In this document: positions 53,924 to 63,052 of the stretch, one piece after another
Layout: the number at the start of each line of letters is the position of its first letter
How positions within the stretch are numbered: position 1 is the first letter of the stretch
Assembly: GCF_937941905.1 (NCBI RefSeq)
Contig: NZ_CALDGS010000063.1
Span: 6,268 to 70,267 of the forward strand
Length of the DNA stretch: 64,000 bases
Source: an uncultured Mycolicibacterium sp.
GTDB taxonomy: Bacteria; Actinomycetota; Actinomycetes; Mycobacteriales; Mycobacteriaceae
Direction: 5' to 3'
Notes under the pieces: model-generated
What the model saw: only the letters and a program-made list of their open reading frames with translations
The model's database searches: none
Told to the model about the DNA's origin: nothing
Program-made: the position numbers and the translations under genes

Positions 53924-54610
53924 TCAGCCCAGCTGTTTGACGCCGTCGGAGACCACCCGGCCGGCGACCCGTACCCAGCCCTCCGGGTTCCAGTTCGTGT
54001 ACAGCACCGACCCGCGGCCCTGCACGATGGTCAGGTCCCGGCTCAGATAGTCGGTGATGCGCACCGCCGCCGCGCCGGTCGCCTCGTCCTCGGGCACGCC
54101 GAGGTGGGCGGCGAACATCCGGGCCCGGATCACACCCTGCTCCCGGTCGGTCCAGGTCCACAGGTAGTGCTCGGTGTCGTCGGGGTAGTCGTCGGGATCG
54201 GCGGCCAGCAACTCCTCGACCGAGGCCAGGTCGTGGATGGCGAACTCCGGGGCCCACTCGGCCCGGGCCCGCACCGCGGTCAGCTCGCCGTCGTAGTCGA
54301 CCTGCACGATGCCGGCCGGCACCTGCAGCGTGTGCACCGGGGTACCGCGCTCACGCAGCCACCAGGCCGCACCCACGGTGGGGTGGCCGGCGAACGGCAA
54401 CTCGGCGGCCGGGGTGAAGATGTGCGCGTGCGCGGTGCTCTGCCCGGGCGCCGGCGGATCGACGAATACGGTTTCGGCATAACCCAGTTGGGTGGCGATC
54501 CGCTGCCGGTCGGCGGGGTCGACGGCGGCCCCCTCGACCAGGCCCAGCGGATTGCCGTGGTTGCCCTCGGGATCGGTGAACACCCGCAACACGGTCACAT
54601 CGATGGCCAT
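53924..54610 (-). CDS. PhzF-family isomerase-like protein (Rv2716-like)
   Basis: 228 aa. [16 protein letters not shown]...[13 protein letters not shown]. Confidence 0.8.
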   Translation of the reverse strand: MAIDVTVLRVFTDPEGNHGNPLGLVEGAAVDPADRQRIATQLGYAETVFVDPPAPGQSTAHAHIFTPAAELPFAGHPTVGAAWWLRERGTPVHTLQVPAGIVQVDYDGELTAVRARAEWAPEFAIHDLASVEELLAADPDDYPDDTEHYLWTWTDREQGVIRARMFAAHLGVPEDEATGAAAVRITDYLSRDLTIVQGRGSVLYTNWNPEGWVRVAGRVVSDGVKQLG

Positions 54611-54643
54611 GGACCGATGCTACGTGGTGCCCCGCGGTGCGGG

Positions 54644-55690
54644 TCAGGTCGCACTGCGCGCGTCGGACTCCAGCGCGTCGAGCACCGCCAGCCGGGTGTC
54701 GACCGGACCGGACAGCGAGCGCTCGGTCGGGCCCTGCCGCAGCAGGGTCCGCAGCTTGTCCTGATCGTGCTCGGCCGGTGCGGTGGTGTCGATGAACCGC
54801 TGCACCACCGCGACGAACCGGTCCGGGTCGTCGTGGAACGGGAAATGCCCGGATCCGGTGAAGATCTCCAGCCGGGAGCCGGGCATCGCGGCGTGCGCGA
54901 GGTGGGCGTGGCTGACCGGGATCACCGAGTCGCGGTCGCCCCAGATCAGCTGCACCGGCACCGATTCGGTCAGGTAGCAGCGGTCCAGCATGGTGACCAC
55001 CTGACCGCGCCAGTCCACCACCGCCCGCAGCGTGCGGGCGAACGCGGCCGAGGCGGTCGGCTCGGGCAGGTCGGCCAGGATGCGCAGCGCCTCGGGCAGG
55101 TCGCGGCCCAGCCCGGTGGAGCCGATGAGCGTCCCGGCCAGCCTGCCCGCCACCCGCAGTGCCGGCAGTACCAGCGGCAGCCGCAACAGGGCCAGCGCCT
55201 CGCTGCCCAGCGGCGCGGCGGCGATCCGCAGTGCCACGTTGACGTCCCGGGTCACCCCGCCGGCGGCGACCAGGATCAGCCGGTCCACGAACTGCGGGAA
55301 CTGGTAGGCGAACTGCATCGCCACCCCGCCGCCGAGCGAGTGGCCGATCACCGTCACCCGGTCGATGTCCAGCACGCTGAGCAGGTCGCGCATGCCGTTG
55401 GCGTAGGCGGCCACCGAGTAGTCGGCGCGCGGTTTGTCCGACAGCCCGTGACCGAGCAGGTCGGGCGCGACGACGGTGAACCGCCGGGCCAGCCGGGTCT
55501 GCACCTCGGTCCAGGTGGTGGAGTTGTCCCCGATGCCGTGGATGAGCAGCACCGCCGGGCCGGAGCCGGCGATCCGGTAGGCGCGCCGGTAGCCGTGGAT
55601 GGTGCGGAACCGCAGCCGCGGGGTACAGCCCGCCCCGGCGTCGTCGGCCGGGGCGCCGGCCGTCCGGGATTCGGCCGTTCGTCTCGTCAT
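54644..55690 (-). CDS. alpha/beta hydrolase (Rv2715-like)
   Basis: ORF 54644..56158 trimmed to ATG 55690. HGIGDNSTTW and the nucleophile elbow GHSLGG are present. Confidence 0.88.
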   Translation of the reverse strand: MTRRTAESRTAGAPADDAGAGCTPRLRFRTIHGYRRAYRIAGSGPAVLLIHGIGDNSTTWTEVQTRLARRFTVVAPDLLGHGLSDKPRADYSVAAYANGMRDLLSVLDIDRVTVIGHSLGGGVAMQFAYQFPQFVDRLILVAAGGVTRDVNVALRIAAAPLGSEALALLRLPLVLPALRVAGRLAGTLIGSTGLGRDLPEALRILADLPEPTASAAFARTLRAVVDWRGQVVTMLDRCYLTESVPVQLIWGDRDSVIPVSHAHLAHAAMPGSRLEIFTGSGHFPFHDDPDRFVAVVQRFIDTTAPAEHDQDKLRTLLRQGPTERSLSGPVDTRLAVLDALESDARSAT

Positions 55691-55733
55691 CTCGCCGTCC
55701 TCGGGCCGGGGGAGGGGCGTCCCCCGGACGGCG

Positions 55734-56723
55734 TCAGGACTGCTCGCCCTCCTCGGGGAACCCCTCCGGGAAAGTCTGACCGCTCTGCTGGGCCAGGAAC
55801 CGCTCGAACTCGCCGGCCAACTCCTCGCCCGTGGGCAGGTCCTCGTCGCGGGCCAGCAGCGACCGGTTCTCCTGGGCCACGACGAACGCATCGTACTGGC
55901 GCTCCAGCGCGGCCACCACCTGAGCGACCTCCGGGCTGGCCTCCACCTGGGCGTTGATCCGGTCGTGCACCTCGGCGCCGGCCTTGGCCAGTTCGGCCAG
56001 CGGGATCTGCAGCGACCCGGTCCGGGCCACCTCGGCCAGCAGTGCCTCGGCGGCCGGCGGGTAGGGGGTCTGGGCCAGGTAGTGCGGCACGTGCACGGTG
56101 TAGCCGACCACGTCGTAGCCGTACTGACCCATCCGGTACTCCAGCAGGTTCGACACACTGGCCGGCACCTGCACCTCGGCGAACCACGCGGGGTGCTCGG
56201 CGATCAGGTCCCGGTTGTTGGAGTGGGCGGTCAGCGTGATCGGCCGGGTGTGCGGGACCGCCATCGGCATCGCACCCAGGCCGATCACCTGGCGCACCCC
56301 GAGCCGCTCGGCCAGCAGCCGCACCGCGGCGATGAACCGCTCCCAGCGCAGGTCCGGTTCCAGGCCGCAGAGCAGCAGAAACGGCGTGCCCTCGCTGTCG
56401 TGCAGCGCGTACAGGTTGAGCTCGGGGTCGTCGTAGGCGGTGAAGTGGTCGTTCTTGAACGTCATCAGCGGCCGCCGGGACCGGTAGTCCAGCAGCTCGT
56501 CGATCGCGAACGACGCGACCAGTTCGGTGGGCAGGGTGTTCTTCAGGTGCGCCGCGGCCAGCCGGATGGCGTGCCCGGCATCGGAGAACCCCTCCAGCGC
56601 GTGCACCATCACCGGACCGCGCCCGTCGGCTGTGGAGAGCTCGGGCGCGGGTGTCTGCAGCTGGTACATGCCGGTCTGCTCGGGCTGGAAGTACTGGTCA
56701 GCGCCGTCGGCGTGATCGGTCAT
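55734..56723 (-). CDS. PAC2-family (proteasome assembly chaperone-like) protein (Rv2714-like)
   Basis: ORF 55734..58682 trimmed to ATG 56723 (329 aa). VMVHALEGFSDAGHA... Confidence 0.85.
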   Translation of the reverse strand: MTDHADGADQYFQPEQTGMYQLQTPAPELSTADGRGPVMVHALEGFSDAGHAIRLAAAHLKNTLPTELVASFAIDELLDYRSRRPLMTFKNDHFTAYDDPELNLYALHDSEGTPFLLLCGLEPDLRWERFIAAVRLLAERLGVRQVIGLGAMPMAVPHTRPITLTAHSNNRDLIAEHPAWFAEVQVPASVSNLLEYRMGQYGYDVVGYTVHVPHYLAQTPYPPAAEALLAEVARTGSLQIPLAELAKAGAEVHDRINAQVEASPEVAQVVAALERQYDAFVVAQENRSLLARDEDLPTGEELAGEFERFLAQQSGQTFPEGFPEEGEQS

Positions 56724-56915
56724 GTCGCCTCGCCTCCTTAGCCACGGGCCGGGACCGCTGCCGGCCCGGCGCGCAAGCTGTACGGGTACCGCTGCAACTA
56801 GTTTCGCCCAACCGCACCCGCGGGGTCCGGTCAGCCCCCCGCCGCCCGCGCCGACAGCGCAAACCGGGGCCGCCCGGCGTGTGCGCCCCACCGGACCGGC
56901 CGCGGCGGTGAGACG

Positions 56916-57635
56916 ATGGGCGCGATGTCGCGTCGCAGCCCAGCACCGTTGGCCCACCTGTGCGTGTGGGCGGTCGTGGCCGCGCTGGCCGGCGGTTGCG
57001 TACGGGTGGTGCCGGGCCGCGGCGAGGCGGCCGTGACCGTCCCGGGGCCGCCCGACCGGCCGGTGGTGCTGGCCGACGTGCTGCCCGCCCCGGACCGGTT
57101 CCCGCCGGACTACCCGGCCGCCGTGCTCGACCCGGCGGCGGCCGACGCCGCGATCCGCGCCGTCGACGCGGTGCCGGCCGGGGCGGTGGTGGATCCGCCG
57201 GAGTGCACCCCGCCCGCGCCCGGGCCGGGCCCGGCCGACGCGGTCGCGGTGCAGGGCCGCGACCCCGACACCGGGGCCGAGCTCACCGTCGCGCTCACCC
57301 GCACCGGGACCGACCCGGCGGTGCGCCGCGACCAGTTGGCCGCCTGCCCGTCGTTCACCGTCACCGTGGCCGGCGGCGAGGCCGAACAGCGCCGCACGGT
57401 GCACACCGAGCTGCGGCCGCGGCCCCCGGTCGACGCCGACGACACGTTCGCCGTCGCCGTCGAGGTCGACGGCGACCCGCCGGCGCGGCTGCTGGTGCTG
57501 GTCGCCCAGATCGGCGAGGTGCGGGTCACCGCCGCCTGGCGCGGCGACGACCCGGACGCCGACCCGGACAGCACGGCGCTGGACGCGCTGTTCACCGACG
57601 CGGTGCTGCAGGTGCGGCGGGCCGTGCGGCCCTGA
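56916..57635 (+). CDS. putative lipoprotein
   Basis: Signal peptide with lipobox LAGGC. Pro/Asp-rich mature part. ATG 56925 is also possible. No family recognised. Confidence 0.65.
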   Translation: MGAMSRRSPAPLAHLCVWAVVAALAGGCVRVVPGRGEAAVTVPGPPDRPVVLADVLPAPDRFPPDYPAAVLDPAAADAAIRAVDAVPAGAVVDPPECTPPAPGPGPADAVAVQGRDPDTGAELTVALTRTGTDPAVRRDQLAACPSFTVTVAGGEAEQRRTVHTELRPRPPVDADDTFAVAVEVDGDPPARLLVLVAQIGEVRVTAAWRGDDPDADPDSTALDALFTDAVLQVRRAVRP

Positions 57636-57734
57636 GCCGCCCGGGTTGTCCCCAGTCGCGGATCGCTCCCCAGCTTGGCCCCGCCGGGGCGTTCGGGACC
57701 GGTTCTCGACGGTGGCCGCTGAAAGCGTCGGGGC

Positions 57735-58784
57735 ATGACGAACGCAGCAAGCCCCGATTTCCAACTCAACCGGCCCGGCGCCCTCATCGCGGCGCTGCCC
57801 GCCGTGCTCGGGTTCGTGCCCGAGCGGTCCCTGGTGCTGGTCACCCTCGAGCGCGGCGCGCTGGGCTGCGTGATGCGGGTCGACCTGACCCCCGAGCTGC
57901 CGGAGGCGGCCGACGAGCTGGCCCGGGTGGCCGCCGCCGGCCCGGCCGACGCGGCCGTCGCGGTGATCGTCGACGACCGCGCCCCGGACTGCCAGGCCTG
58001 CGCGGCCGAGCAGTGCCTGCTCGCCGACGCGCTCGCCGATGCGCTGGACACCGTCGGCATCGAGCTGCTGGCCGTGCACGTCGTCGACCGGGTCGCCGCC
58101 GGCGGGCGGTGGCGGTGCGTGGACGACTGCGGCGCGGCCGGGGTGGTGGAGGATCCGCGGTCCTCGCCGGTGGCGCTGGCCGCGGTGCTCGACGGGCGGC
58201 GGCTCTACGACCGCCGTGCCGACCTGCTGGCCGCGGTCGCCCCGGACCCGGCCCGCACCGCCGCGGTGGCCGCGGTCCTCGGCGACGCGGCCTCCGGCCC
58301 GGGCGGTCCGCGCAGCGACGCCGACGCGCAGGGCGTGGCGCGCGCGGTGCTGGCCGCGGTCGACCGGGTCGCCGACGGGCGGGAGCCGGCCGACACCGAG
58401 CTCGCCGGGCTGGCCCGCGGGCTGGGCGACGTGCGTGTCCGGGAGGTGTGCTACGCGCTGGCGGTGGGGAAGCGCGCCACCGCCGCCGAGGCGCTGTGGC
58501 TGCTGCTGGCCCGCAGCACGTCCACACCGTGGCGCACCGAAGCGCTTGTGCTGCTGGCGTTCTCGGCCTACGCCCGGGGAGACGGGCCGCTGGCCGGGGT
58601 GGCGCTGGACGCGGCGCTGGCCGACGCCCCCGGACACCGGATGGCGGGCATGCTCGACCGCGCACTCCAGCGCGGGATACATCCGGAACGCATCCGGGAA
58701 CTGGCGCTGTCCGGCTACCGGATGGCCGAACGGCTCGGGGTGACGCTGCCGCCGCGCGGCGGGCTCAGACCTTCTCGACCTTGA
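57735..58784 (+). CDS. DUF4192 protein (Rv2712c-like)
   Basis: PGALIAALPAVLGFVPERSLVLV... pattern. The 3' end overlaps ideR convergently by 20 nt. Confidence 0.8.
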   Translation: MTNAASPDFQLNRPGALIAALPAVLGFVPERSLVLVTLERGALGCVMRVDLTPELPEAADELARVAAAGPADAAVAVIVDDRAPDCQACAAEQCLLADALADALDTVGIELLAVHVVDRVAAGGRWRCVDDCGAAGVVEDPRSSPVALAAVLDGRRLYDRRADLLAAVAPDPARTAAVAAVLGDAASGPGGPRSDADAQGVARAVLAAVDRVADGREPADTELAGLARGLGDVRVREVCYALAVGKRATAAEALWLLLARSTSTPWRTEALVLLAFSAYARGDGPLAGVALDAALADAPGHRMAGMLDRALQRGIHPERIRELALSGYRMAERLGVTLPPRGGLRPSRP

Positions 58785-59454
58785 CGGCGTGGGCCATGTG
58801 GTGCGGCAGGTCGACCTGCTCGTGGCCGGGGATGATGATCGACACGCTGCCGTTGTCGTTGAGCTGCACGGTGACCCGGGCGTTGGGCACCACCCCGGCG
58901 TCCTTGAGCCGGGCGATGAGTTCGGCGTCGCCCTGCACGTGCTCGGTGAGCTGACGCACCACCACCGCGACCGGCATGCCGGCGGGCAGCTCGGTCAGCC
59001 GCACCAGCGGCACCTGGTCGGTGTCGTCGGTGTCGATGCCGAGCTGGTCCAGGCCCGGGATGGGGTTGCCGAACGGCGAGGTGGTGGGGTTGTTGAGCAC
59101 CTTGACCAGGCGCCGCTCGACGTCCTCGCTCATCACGTGCTCCCAGCGGCACGCCTCGGCGTGCACCTCCTCCCAGGGCAGGCCGATGACGTCGACCAGC
59201 AGCCGCTCGGCGAGGCGGTGCTTGCGCATGACGGCGATCGCCAGGGCACGCCCCTTCGGGGTGAGCTCCAGGTGCCGGTCACCGGCGACCTGGACCAGGC
59301 CGTCGCGCTCCATGCGCGACACCGTCTGGCTGACGGTGGGGCCACTCTGCTCGAGCCGTTCCGCGATGCGGGCACGCAGCGGAACCACGCCCTCCTCCTC
59401 GAGGTCGTAGATGGTCCGCAGGTACATCTCGGTGGTATCGACAAGATCGTTCAT
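58765..59454 (-). CDS. ideR: iron-dependent repressor IdeR
   Basis: ORF trimmed to MNDLVDTTEMYLRTIYDLEEEGVVPLRARIAERLEQSGPTVSQTV. GGAGGG SD. Confidence 0.96.
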   Translation of the reverse strand: MNDLVDTTEMYLRTIYDLEEEGVVPLRARIAERLEQSGPTVSQTVSRMERDGLVQVAGDRHLELTPKGRALAIAVMRKHRLAERLLVDVIGLPWEEVHAEACRWEHVMSEDVERRLVKVLNNPTTSPFGNPIPGLDQLGIDTDDTDQVPLVRLTELPAGMPVAVVVRQLTEHVQGDAELIARLKDAGVVPNARVTVQLNDNGSVSIIIPGHEQVDLPHHMAHAVKVEKV

Positions 59455-59530
59455 GGCACCCTCCGTCGCAGGCGAGTCTACCGTTTTCACGTCGTGAACT
59501 GGGGCGCAACGTCGCGCGCCTGTCGCAGCG

Positions 59531-59562
59531 AACACCCCCGCCGGATACCCGGCGGGGGTGTT
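59531..59562 (-). terminator. sigB terminator hairpin (perfect 14-bp stem)
   Basis: AACACCCCCGCCGG-ATAC-CCGGCGGGGGTGTT, 14 nt downstream of the sigB stop. Confidence 0.65.
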
Positions 59563-59575
59563 GCGGAACGACTCG

Positions 59576-60535
59576 TCAGCTCGCGTAGGCGCGCAGCCGA
59601 TCGGCGCGTTCGCCGTGGCGCAACTTCGCCATCACCTCGCGCTCGATCTGACGGACCCGCTCCCGCGACAGCCCGAACAGCTTACCGATCTGGTCGAGGG
59701 TGCGCGGCTGGCCGTCGTCGAGGCCGTAGCGCAGCCGGATCACCTGCTGCTCGCGCTCGTCGAGCGTGGCCAGCACGTGCCGGATGTCGGAGTGCAGCAA
59801 CTCGGCGATGACCGCGTTCTCGGCCGACATCGCCTCGGCGTCCTCGATGAAGTCGCCCAGCGGCGCCTCCTCGTCGCTGCCCACCGGCATGTCCAGGCTC
59901 ACCGGATCCCGGCTGTGCTCGAGCAGGTCGTTGATCTTCTCCACCGGGATGCCGGACTCGGCGGCCAGCTCCTCCTCGGTGGCCTCGCGGCCGAGGTTCT
60001 GGTGCAGCTCGCGCTTGATCCGGGCCAGCTTGTTGACCTGTTCGACGAGGTGCACCGGCAGCCGGATGGTGCGGCTCTGGTCGGCCATGCCGCGGGTGAT
60101 GGCCTGCCGGATCCACCAGGTGGCGTAGGTGGAGAACTTGAAGCCCTTGGTGTAGTCGAACTTCTCCATCGCCCGGATCAGGCCCAGGTTGCCCTCCTGG
60201 ATGAGGTCCAGCAGCGGCATGCCGCGGCCGGTGTAGCGCTTGGCCAGCGACACCACCAGGCGCAGGTTGGCCTCCAGCAGATGGCGGCGGGCCTCCTCGC
60301 CGTCGCGCACCACGGCCTGCAGGTCGCGCCGGCGCGACTCGCTCATCCGCTTGCGGGTCTCCAGCAGGTGCTGGGCGTACAGGCCGGCCTCGATGCGCTT
60401 GGCCAGCTCCACCTCGTCCTCGGCGTTCAGCAAGGCCGTTTTGCCGATGCCGTTCAGGTACACCCGCACCAGATCGGCTGCCGGGCTCTGGGCATCCAGA
60501 TCGGCGTCGACGCGGCTGGTTGTGGCATTTGCCAT
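59576..60535 (-). CDS. sigB: RNA polymerase sigma factor SigB
   Basis: Group 2 sigma factor ([24 protein letters not shown]). Start ATG 60535 has an AGGAGG SD 7 nt upstream. The longer ORF start at 60574 would lie inside the promoter. Confidence 0.96.
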   Translation of the reverse strand: MANATTSRVDADLDAQSPAADLVRVYLNGIGKTALLNAEDEVELAKRIEAGLYAQHLLETRKRMSESRRRDLQAVVRDGEEARRHLLEANLRLVVSLAKRYTGRGMPLLDLIQEGNLGLIRAMEKFDYTKGFKFSTYATWWIRQAITRGMADQSRTIRLPVHLVEQVNKLARIKRELHQNLGREATEEELAAESGIPVEKINDLLEHSRDPVSLDMPVGSDEEAPLGDFIEDAEAMSAENAVIAELLHSDIRHVLATLDEREQQVIRLRYGLDDGQPRTLDQIGKLFGLSRERVRQIEREVMAKLRHGERADRLRAYAS

Positions 60536-60572
60536 GACGGCCTCCTGCTCAGCTTGGACTGACATCGGGTTC

Positions 60573-60599
60573 AACGCCCGGACGTCGTCAGGAGTTCCC
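60573..60599 (-). promoter_or_regulatory. SigE/SigH-type promoter upstream of sigB
   Basis: The minus strand reads GGGAACT...(17 nt between GGGAAC and CGTT)...CGTTGA. Its -10 element is about 38 nt upstream of ATG 60535. Confidence 0.7.
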
Positions 60600-60648
60600 G
60601 GGCATGACCGGCTTCACACGTGCTGAGCAGCGGTTTTTCCGCGCGGAC

Positions 60649-60667
60649 CTGAGAATGTGCTGAGAAT
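60649..60667 (-). promoter_or_regulatory. 8-3-8 direct repeat resembling an MprA box upstream of the sigB promoter
   Basis: The minus strand reads ATTCTCAG-CAC-ATTCTCAG, a perfect 8-bp direct repeat with a 3-nt spacer. A third, degenerate copy CTGCTCAG lies at 60623-60630. Confidence 0.5.
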
Positions 60668-60682
60668 GCCGGTGCGCCGGAA

Positions 60683-61117
60683 CTACTCGGCGTCCCGGTC
60701 GGGGGCCGGTTGCCCGTCCCGGGCGGTGCCGCCGCCGGCCACGTCACCGTCGACGACGGTGCCCTCGACGGTGCCCTCGATCACCCGGGGCGGGGCGGCG
60801 GTGGGGAACAGCCCGGCGCGCGGCGGGGCGGCGTAGCGGCGCGGTTCCTCGGCCTTGCGGGGCGGCCGGTCGTTGGCGATCAGCACCGCCATCCACGGCA
60901 GCGGGATCGAGACCACGATGATCGCCAGCGAGATCAGCCCGTTGTGCCAGGTGCCGTAGGCGATCGCGGCGAGGATGAGCGCCGGGATCCGGAACGACAT
61001 CAGCGTCAGGTACTTGCGCACCCGCTGGCGGTGCTGCACCTCGTAGGGGAGCTCCGCGGTGGTGATCAAGATCGGACGACCGTCGTCGTCGAAACCCAGC
61101 TCGCGGCCGTGGTCCAT
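60683..61117 (-). CDS. DUF3099 membrane protein (Rv2709-like)
   Basis: ORF trimmed to ATG 61117 with a GGAGGAC SD. Two TM helices (IPALILAAIAYGTW, ISLAIIVVSIPLPWMAVLI). Confidence 0.8.
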   Translation of the reverse strand: MDHGRELGFDDDGRPILITTAELPYEVQHRQRVRKYLTLMSFRIPALILAAIAYGTWHNGLISLAIIVVSIPLPWMAVLIANDRPPRKAEEPRRYAAPPRAGLFPTAAPPRVIEGTVEGTVVDGDVAGGGTARDGQPAPDRDAE

Positions 61118-61162
61118 GTCCTCCACTGTTCCACTGTTGGGCCCGGGGGCAAAATGGAGGGC

Positions 61163-61399
61163 ATGCAGACCGACACCCTGGAACGTACCGACTCCGAGGA
61201 ACGCGTCGACGACGGTACCGACAGCGACACTCCCAAGTACTTCCACTACGTCAAGAAGGACAAGATCGCCGAGAGCGCGGTGATGGGCACCCACGTGGTG
61301 GCGCTGTGCGGCGAGGTGTTCCCGGTCACCCGCACCCCGAAGGCGAACTCGCCGGTCTGCCCGGAGTGCAAGCGCATCTACGAGACCCTCAGGAAGTAG
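61163..61399 (+). CDS. DUF3039 protein (Rv2708c-like)
   Basis: MQTDTLERTDSEERVDDGTDSDTPKYFHYVKKDKIAESAVMGTHVVALCGEVFPVT...CPECK. GGAGG SD. Confidence 0.85.
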   Translation: MQTDTLERTDSEERVDDGTDSDTPKYFHYVKKDKIAESAVMGTHVVALCGEVFPVTRTPKANSPVCPECKRIYETLRK

Positions 61400-62327
61400 C
61401 GGCGCCCGGCGGGCGCAGCCGGTCCCGCAGCCACCGCCACAGCCGGTGGGTGTGCGGCGGCGGGGCCGGCCACTGCTCGGCGACGGCGGCGTTGAGCTCG
61501 GCGCCGGCCATGATCGCGAACCCCAGGAAGAACGCGAACAGCAGGAACGCGATCGGGGTGGCCAGCGCGCCGTAGGTGTAGCCGGTGCTGGTGATCCAGC
61601 CCAGATACACCCGCAGCCCCCAGGTGGCCACCAGGAACAGCACCGCGGCCAGCGCCGCCCCGGGCGCGAGCCGGTGCGACGGCAGCGGTTTGGGCAGCGC
61701 CACCCGGTAGAGCAGGTTGATCGCCACGAACAGGCCCAGCCCGAGCACCGGGTAGTAGCCGATCCGCAGCACCTGGTCCCAGTCGTCGGGGATGTAGGCG
61801 GCGACCTTGCGCGGCCCGAGCGCCAGGAACGGGGCGGCGGCGATGGCGAACACCAGCATCACCACGTACAGGCCCAGCGCGTAGAACCGCTGCCGCACCG
61901 GGTGGCGCAGCGGGGTCTGGTCGTGGGCCGCCACGATCGAGTCGACGAACGCCGAGATCGCCGACGACCCGGCCCACAGCGAGATCACGAACCCCAGCGA
62001 CACCACCTCGCCGCGGGCGCCCTGCACGATGTCGCTGATCGTCGGCTTCAGGATCTCCTCGACCACGTTGGCCGAGAAGAACCGCTCGGCGGTGTCGATC
62101 AGCCAGACCTCGAAGGCCGGCAGGATGTCCGGGCTCAACAGCGGCGCGACGTGGGCGAGGCTGCCGAGCATGCCGAGCAGCAGCGGCGGCAGGGACAGCG
62201 CGGACCAGAACGCCGCCTGGGCGGACTCGGAGAAGATCGAGTCGTCCCAGCTCTTGGTCACGGCACGCCGCAGCACCGCCCACACGTGCCGCCCGGCCCG
62301 GTCCTGCCGCCCGGTCTGGTCAGTCAT
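61389..62327 (-). CDS. YihY/BrkB-family membrane protein (Rv2707-like)
   Basis: 312 aa, multi-TM, YihY pattern. Confidence 0.85.
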   Translation of the reverse strand: MTDQTGRQDRAGRHVWAVLRRAVTKSWDDSIFSESAQAAFWSALSLPPLLLGMLGSLAHVAPLLSPDILPAFEVWLIDTAERFFSANVVEEILKPTISDIVQGARGEVVSLGFVISLWAGSSAISAFVDSIVAAHDQTPLRHPVRQRFYALGLYVVMLVFAIAAAPFLALGPRKVAAYIPDDWDQVLRIGYYPVLGLGLFVAINLLYRVALPKPLPSHRLAPGAALAAVLFLVATWGLRVYLGWITSTGYTYGALATPIAFLLFAFFLGFAIMAGAELNAAVAEQWPAPPPHTHRLWRWLRDRLRPPGAATS

Positions 62328-62395
62328 CGCAGAACAGCATGACCGACCCCGCGGCCGCCGCCCGGCAGGCGGAGCCGGTGAGTCCGGTCCGGCGC

Positions 62396-62584
62396 CTACT
62401 CGGCGGGGCTGACCTCCAGCACGGCCGACATCTCGAGCAGCTTGGCCTCGTGCTCGTTGGCGTGATGCTGGCAGAACAGCAGTTCGGCCCCCGAGGGCAG
62501 CTTGGCGCGAACGCGAGCGGCGGCCCCGCAGCGATCGCAGCGATCAGCCCTGGTCAGATCCGGACTGGTCAGAGTTGCGTTCAT
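62396..62584 (-). CDS. small conserved Cys/His protein (zinc-ribbon-like), 62 aa
   Basis: ORF trimmed to MNATLTSPDLTRADRCDRCGAAARVRAKLPSGAELLFCQHHANEHEAKL... with a GGAGGAG SD. Conserved near sigA in actinobacteria, as I recall. Confidence 0.7.
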   Translation of the reverse strand: MNATLTSPDLTRADRCDRCGAAARVRAKLPSGAELLFCQHHANEHEAKLLEMSAVLEVSPAE

Positions 62585-62704
62585 GGGCTCCTCCGTCTCT
62601 CGTTCGACGCCTGTCTCCACTGTCTCAGACGCTCTCGGATTCGGCCTTGTTCCCCGGGGTCGCTCCGGTGTGTCATCTCTCACGTGCCGATCCGATCGTG
62701 TCCC

Positions 62705-63048
62705 GTGCTGCTGCACCTGTGTCCCGAGGACGACTGGCGCGCGGCGTGCGCCGCCGGGGAGTACCGGCCCGCGTCGCTGAGCACCGCCGGGTTCGTCCAC
62801 CTGTCCGCGCCCGAACAGGTCCACCTGCCGGCGAACCGGTTGTTCGCCGGCCGGACCGACCTGGTGGTGCTGCACATCGACGCCGCACGGCTGTCCTCCC
62901 CGGTCCGCTGGGAGCCGGGGGTTCCGACCGACCCCGGCGGGATGCTGTTTCCCCACCTGTACGGCCCGCTAACCCTCGACGCGGTCGTCGACGTCACGGC
63001 CTACCGGCCGGGGCCGGACGGGCGGTTCGCGCCCTGGGCCGCCGACCG

Positions 63049-63052
<4 letters not shown>
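62705..63052 (+). CDS. DUF952 protein (Rv2705c-like)
   Basis: GTG 62705. [13 protein letters not shown]...[11 protein letters not shown]...LFPHLYGPL. Confidence 0.8.

Noticed and set aside
56724-58682. N-terminal 650 aa of the 982-aa ORF 55734..58682
   Set aside because: Only the last 329 aa (from ATG 56723) match the PAC2 family. The upstream part is Arg/Gly-rich and lies antisense to the plus-strand lipoprotein and DUF4192 genes, which have sensible features.
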